From: Phoronis australis
Lineage: Eukaryota; Animalia; Phoronida
Assembly: GCA_002633005.1 (NCBI GenBank)
Contig: NMRA01000282.1
Location: forward strand, 206,349-270,348
Length of the DNA: 64,000 nucleotides
Reading direction: 5' to 3'
Part shown: piece after piece, positions 62,143-64,000 of the stretch
How the letters are laid out: every line of letters starts with the position of its first letter
Numbering within the stretch: the stretch's first letter is position 1
The notes under the pieces: model-generated
What the model saw: the letters and a program-made list of their open reading frames with translations, nothing else
Told to the model about the DNA's origin: nothing
The model's database searches: none
Translations under genes and position numbers: made by a program

Positions 62143-62765
62143 GATTGCTTTTCTTAGGAACACAGGTGGGTTGTGCCACTCGGACTGACGTCAATGCTTT
62201 TCATTCAAAGAACACCACTTCAGTCACATTTTCTCTCGGCTTGACGAATCCAGTGGCAGATTACCATGTCTTATTGGGGCTCTCGCATACAAGTCAACTG
62301 TGCAAGTCAGTTATAGATGTGGCGATGAGCCTCTTTTGCTGCTAGATGATCTCCTTTTAGAAAGATGGGATATGAAGACAGCGACAGCAACAAATTTTAT
62401 AACTTCGCTGAAGTTGAAGGGCCAGAATATTAGTGTCTCTATAAAGTCTGATCAAGTCTTCGATGTAATCAAATACCTAAGCAGCAAAGTTGACGACCGT
62501 GAAAATAAGTTCTGAAGAAGCAAAAGGAGATTACTGGGCCAGAACTATACATCACAGAATAATTATTTCTCTGCCAAAGTCAGACAAGCCCGCAGGAAAC
62601 TCTATGCGTTTTCCTGGGAGAAAAACATTTTACACTAAACTGTTATGGAACAGAAAGGTGTTCATTTTCGATGAAAGAACGAAGTCAGAGAAGTAATGAA
62701 ACCAGGATGTCCACTCCTTGTGGTATTTGAAACTATTTCGGTTTGTTCCTGCCACTGCTTGCATG

Positions 62766-63423
62766 TGTAACGTGAATCGGGTCCCTATTTGGTTCTTGCA
62801 AAGTTAATTGACTACCTTTACAGAATTCAAGAAGGACCTGGCGCTCATGCAATTGTTGTACACGTAGACCATTTAAAGGCCTGTTCACTGGAGGGCTTGG
62901 TTCCCTGGGATTCTGCACCACCGATCATGGATGAGAATCCCTTGGATGTCCAGAACGCAGCACCCATGAGTGATTCTGCACCATCGAATGTGGACGAGAA
63001 TCACTCGGGTCAGGAGGATACTCCGCCACCAGCGACCGAGAACACGAGGACTGACAGGATGGGTCGTGTTATACGGAAGCCACTGAGATTCAGCCACATT
63101 TGACTCGATCATTTGCAGGGTCCTGGAGGACGAGACTATGGCTTTTGATGATGTCTGGAAGAAAGTCTGCAGGGTAAAGGCTGTGGACAGGAGTTCACAT
63201 GTCCCAAGGATTTCAGAGAACACCTGAAAACCTGCACCAGACACAAAACGATTTTTGTATGCAGCTCTTGTGGGTTTCGTCACCAACGACGGCGTCAATT
63301 TGACCGACATATTAAAAAGAAGGGCCACGGGACCATTGGAACCATGGTGGTTGCTAACCGACAGCATTGGGCACGGACTTCTGCCGCGGAGGAGAGGAGG
63401 TGTCAGGCTCTTAGCTGGGGACA
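62766..63423 (+). mobile_element. Gypsy-type LTR-retrotransposon derivative: integrase C-terminus plus PPT, bounded by TG...CA with a 4-bp TSD
   Basis: catg|tgtaacg ... ggggaca|catg. In-frame GPYLVLAKL.DYLYRIQ..VVHVDHLK..RMGRVIRKPLRF (62780-63103). PPT ggaggagaggagg followed by tgtc at 63401. Absent from the paralogous repeat at ~47975. Confidence 0.75.
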
Positions 63424-64000
63424 CATGAACAGCTCCTGCTGTACCAAAAGTGCACTGGGAAGAAACTCAAAACAAAAGAGTTTTCACTGAAGTTGGCCGT
63501 CATCATGTACTACTCCACATGCGAACACTAAATCTCGCTAGCAGCCCTCTATAGGAAATACACAGAACCAAGCTATTATTAGTAATTAGAAATTCAAAAG
63601 AGACAACTACTGTTACAATATCAATCACAAGGTGGCGTTAGTTACCAGTTTGTTAAAAGGTTCAATGTCATATCAGTAAAGCTTTTACTATGCACTATCT
63701 TCGGCTTGAAACATGGTGGCAGCGGTGGGATCATGCTGTGACAATTAAGACTTAATGCAAATTTTTAATGCAAAGCTACGGTAATCAGTGCCGAAGTTTT
63801 GACTCTCTGTTGACTGTTCGCTCACAGATTATGTCAAAATAAAACAAAAAATATAGCTCTGCCTAAGCCGTTGACATCAAACAATGACGTTGTAAGTGAA
63901 CTGAAAATATTAAGACAAATATTCGAAAACTATTCCATTATCACCGAACTAGAACGCAAGGATAAACGATTCCAGCAAGCGGTTTTTCTGAACACTTGTT

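Noticed and set aside
62885-63424. 179-aa minus-strand ORF
   Set aside because: It is the antisense shadow of the Gypsy-derived insert and has no recognisable domain.

Overview
AT-rich, repeat-dense eukaryotic DNA from an animal (invertebrate-like; species cannot be determined from sequence alone). It is a draft assembly with one N-gap (8244-8734) and four single-N joins (3312, 14710, 45803, 53789), each of which places two near-identical copies side by side, probably two haplotypes. The only clearly intact host genes are two tandem, minus-strand, single-coding-exon paralogs of PGAP4/TMEM246 (GPI-GalNAc transferase) at 22868-24151 and 33828-35126. The rest is mostly transposon material. It includes a decayed Academ (AcademX-type) DNA transposon with TIRs and a 3-bp TSD between the two PGAP4 copies, RTE-X-like and Tx1-like LINE relics, a Helentron/HINE-like element, and several MITEs (one inserted into its own family member, with 9-bp TSDs). 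It also includes a compact gag-only BEL/Pao LTR element (LTRs, tRNA-His PBS, PPT, 5-bp TSD) inserted into a decayed MULE/SWIM transposase, a TG..CA-bounded Gypsy integrase-tail fragment, and remnants of a spliced gene with a Tudor/chromo-like domain. No CRISPR array, rRNA or intact tRNA was seen. All family assignments come from motif recognition by eye, not from database searches.
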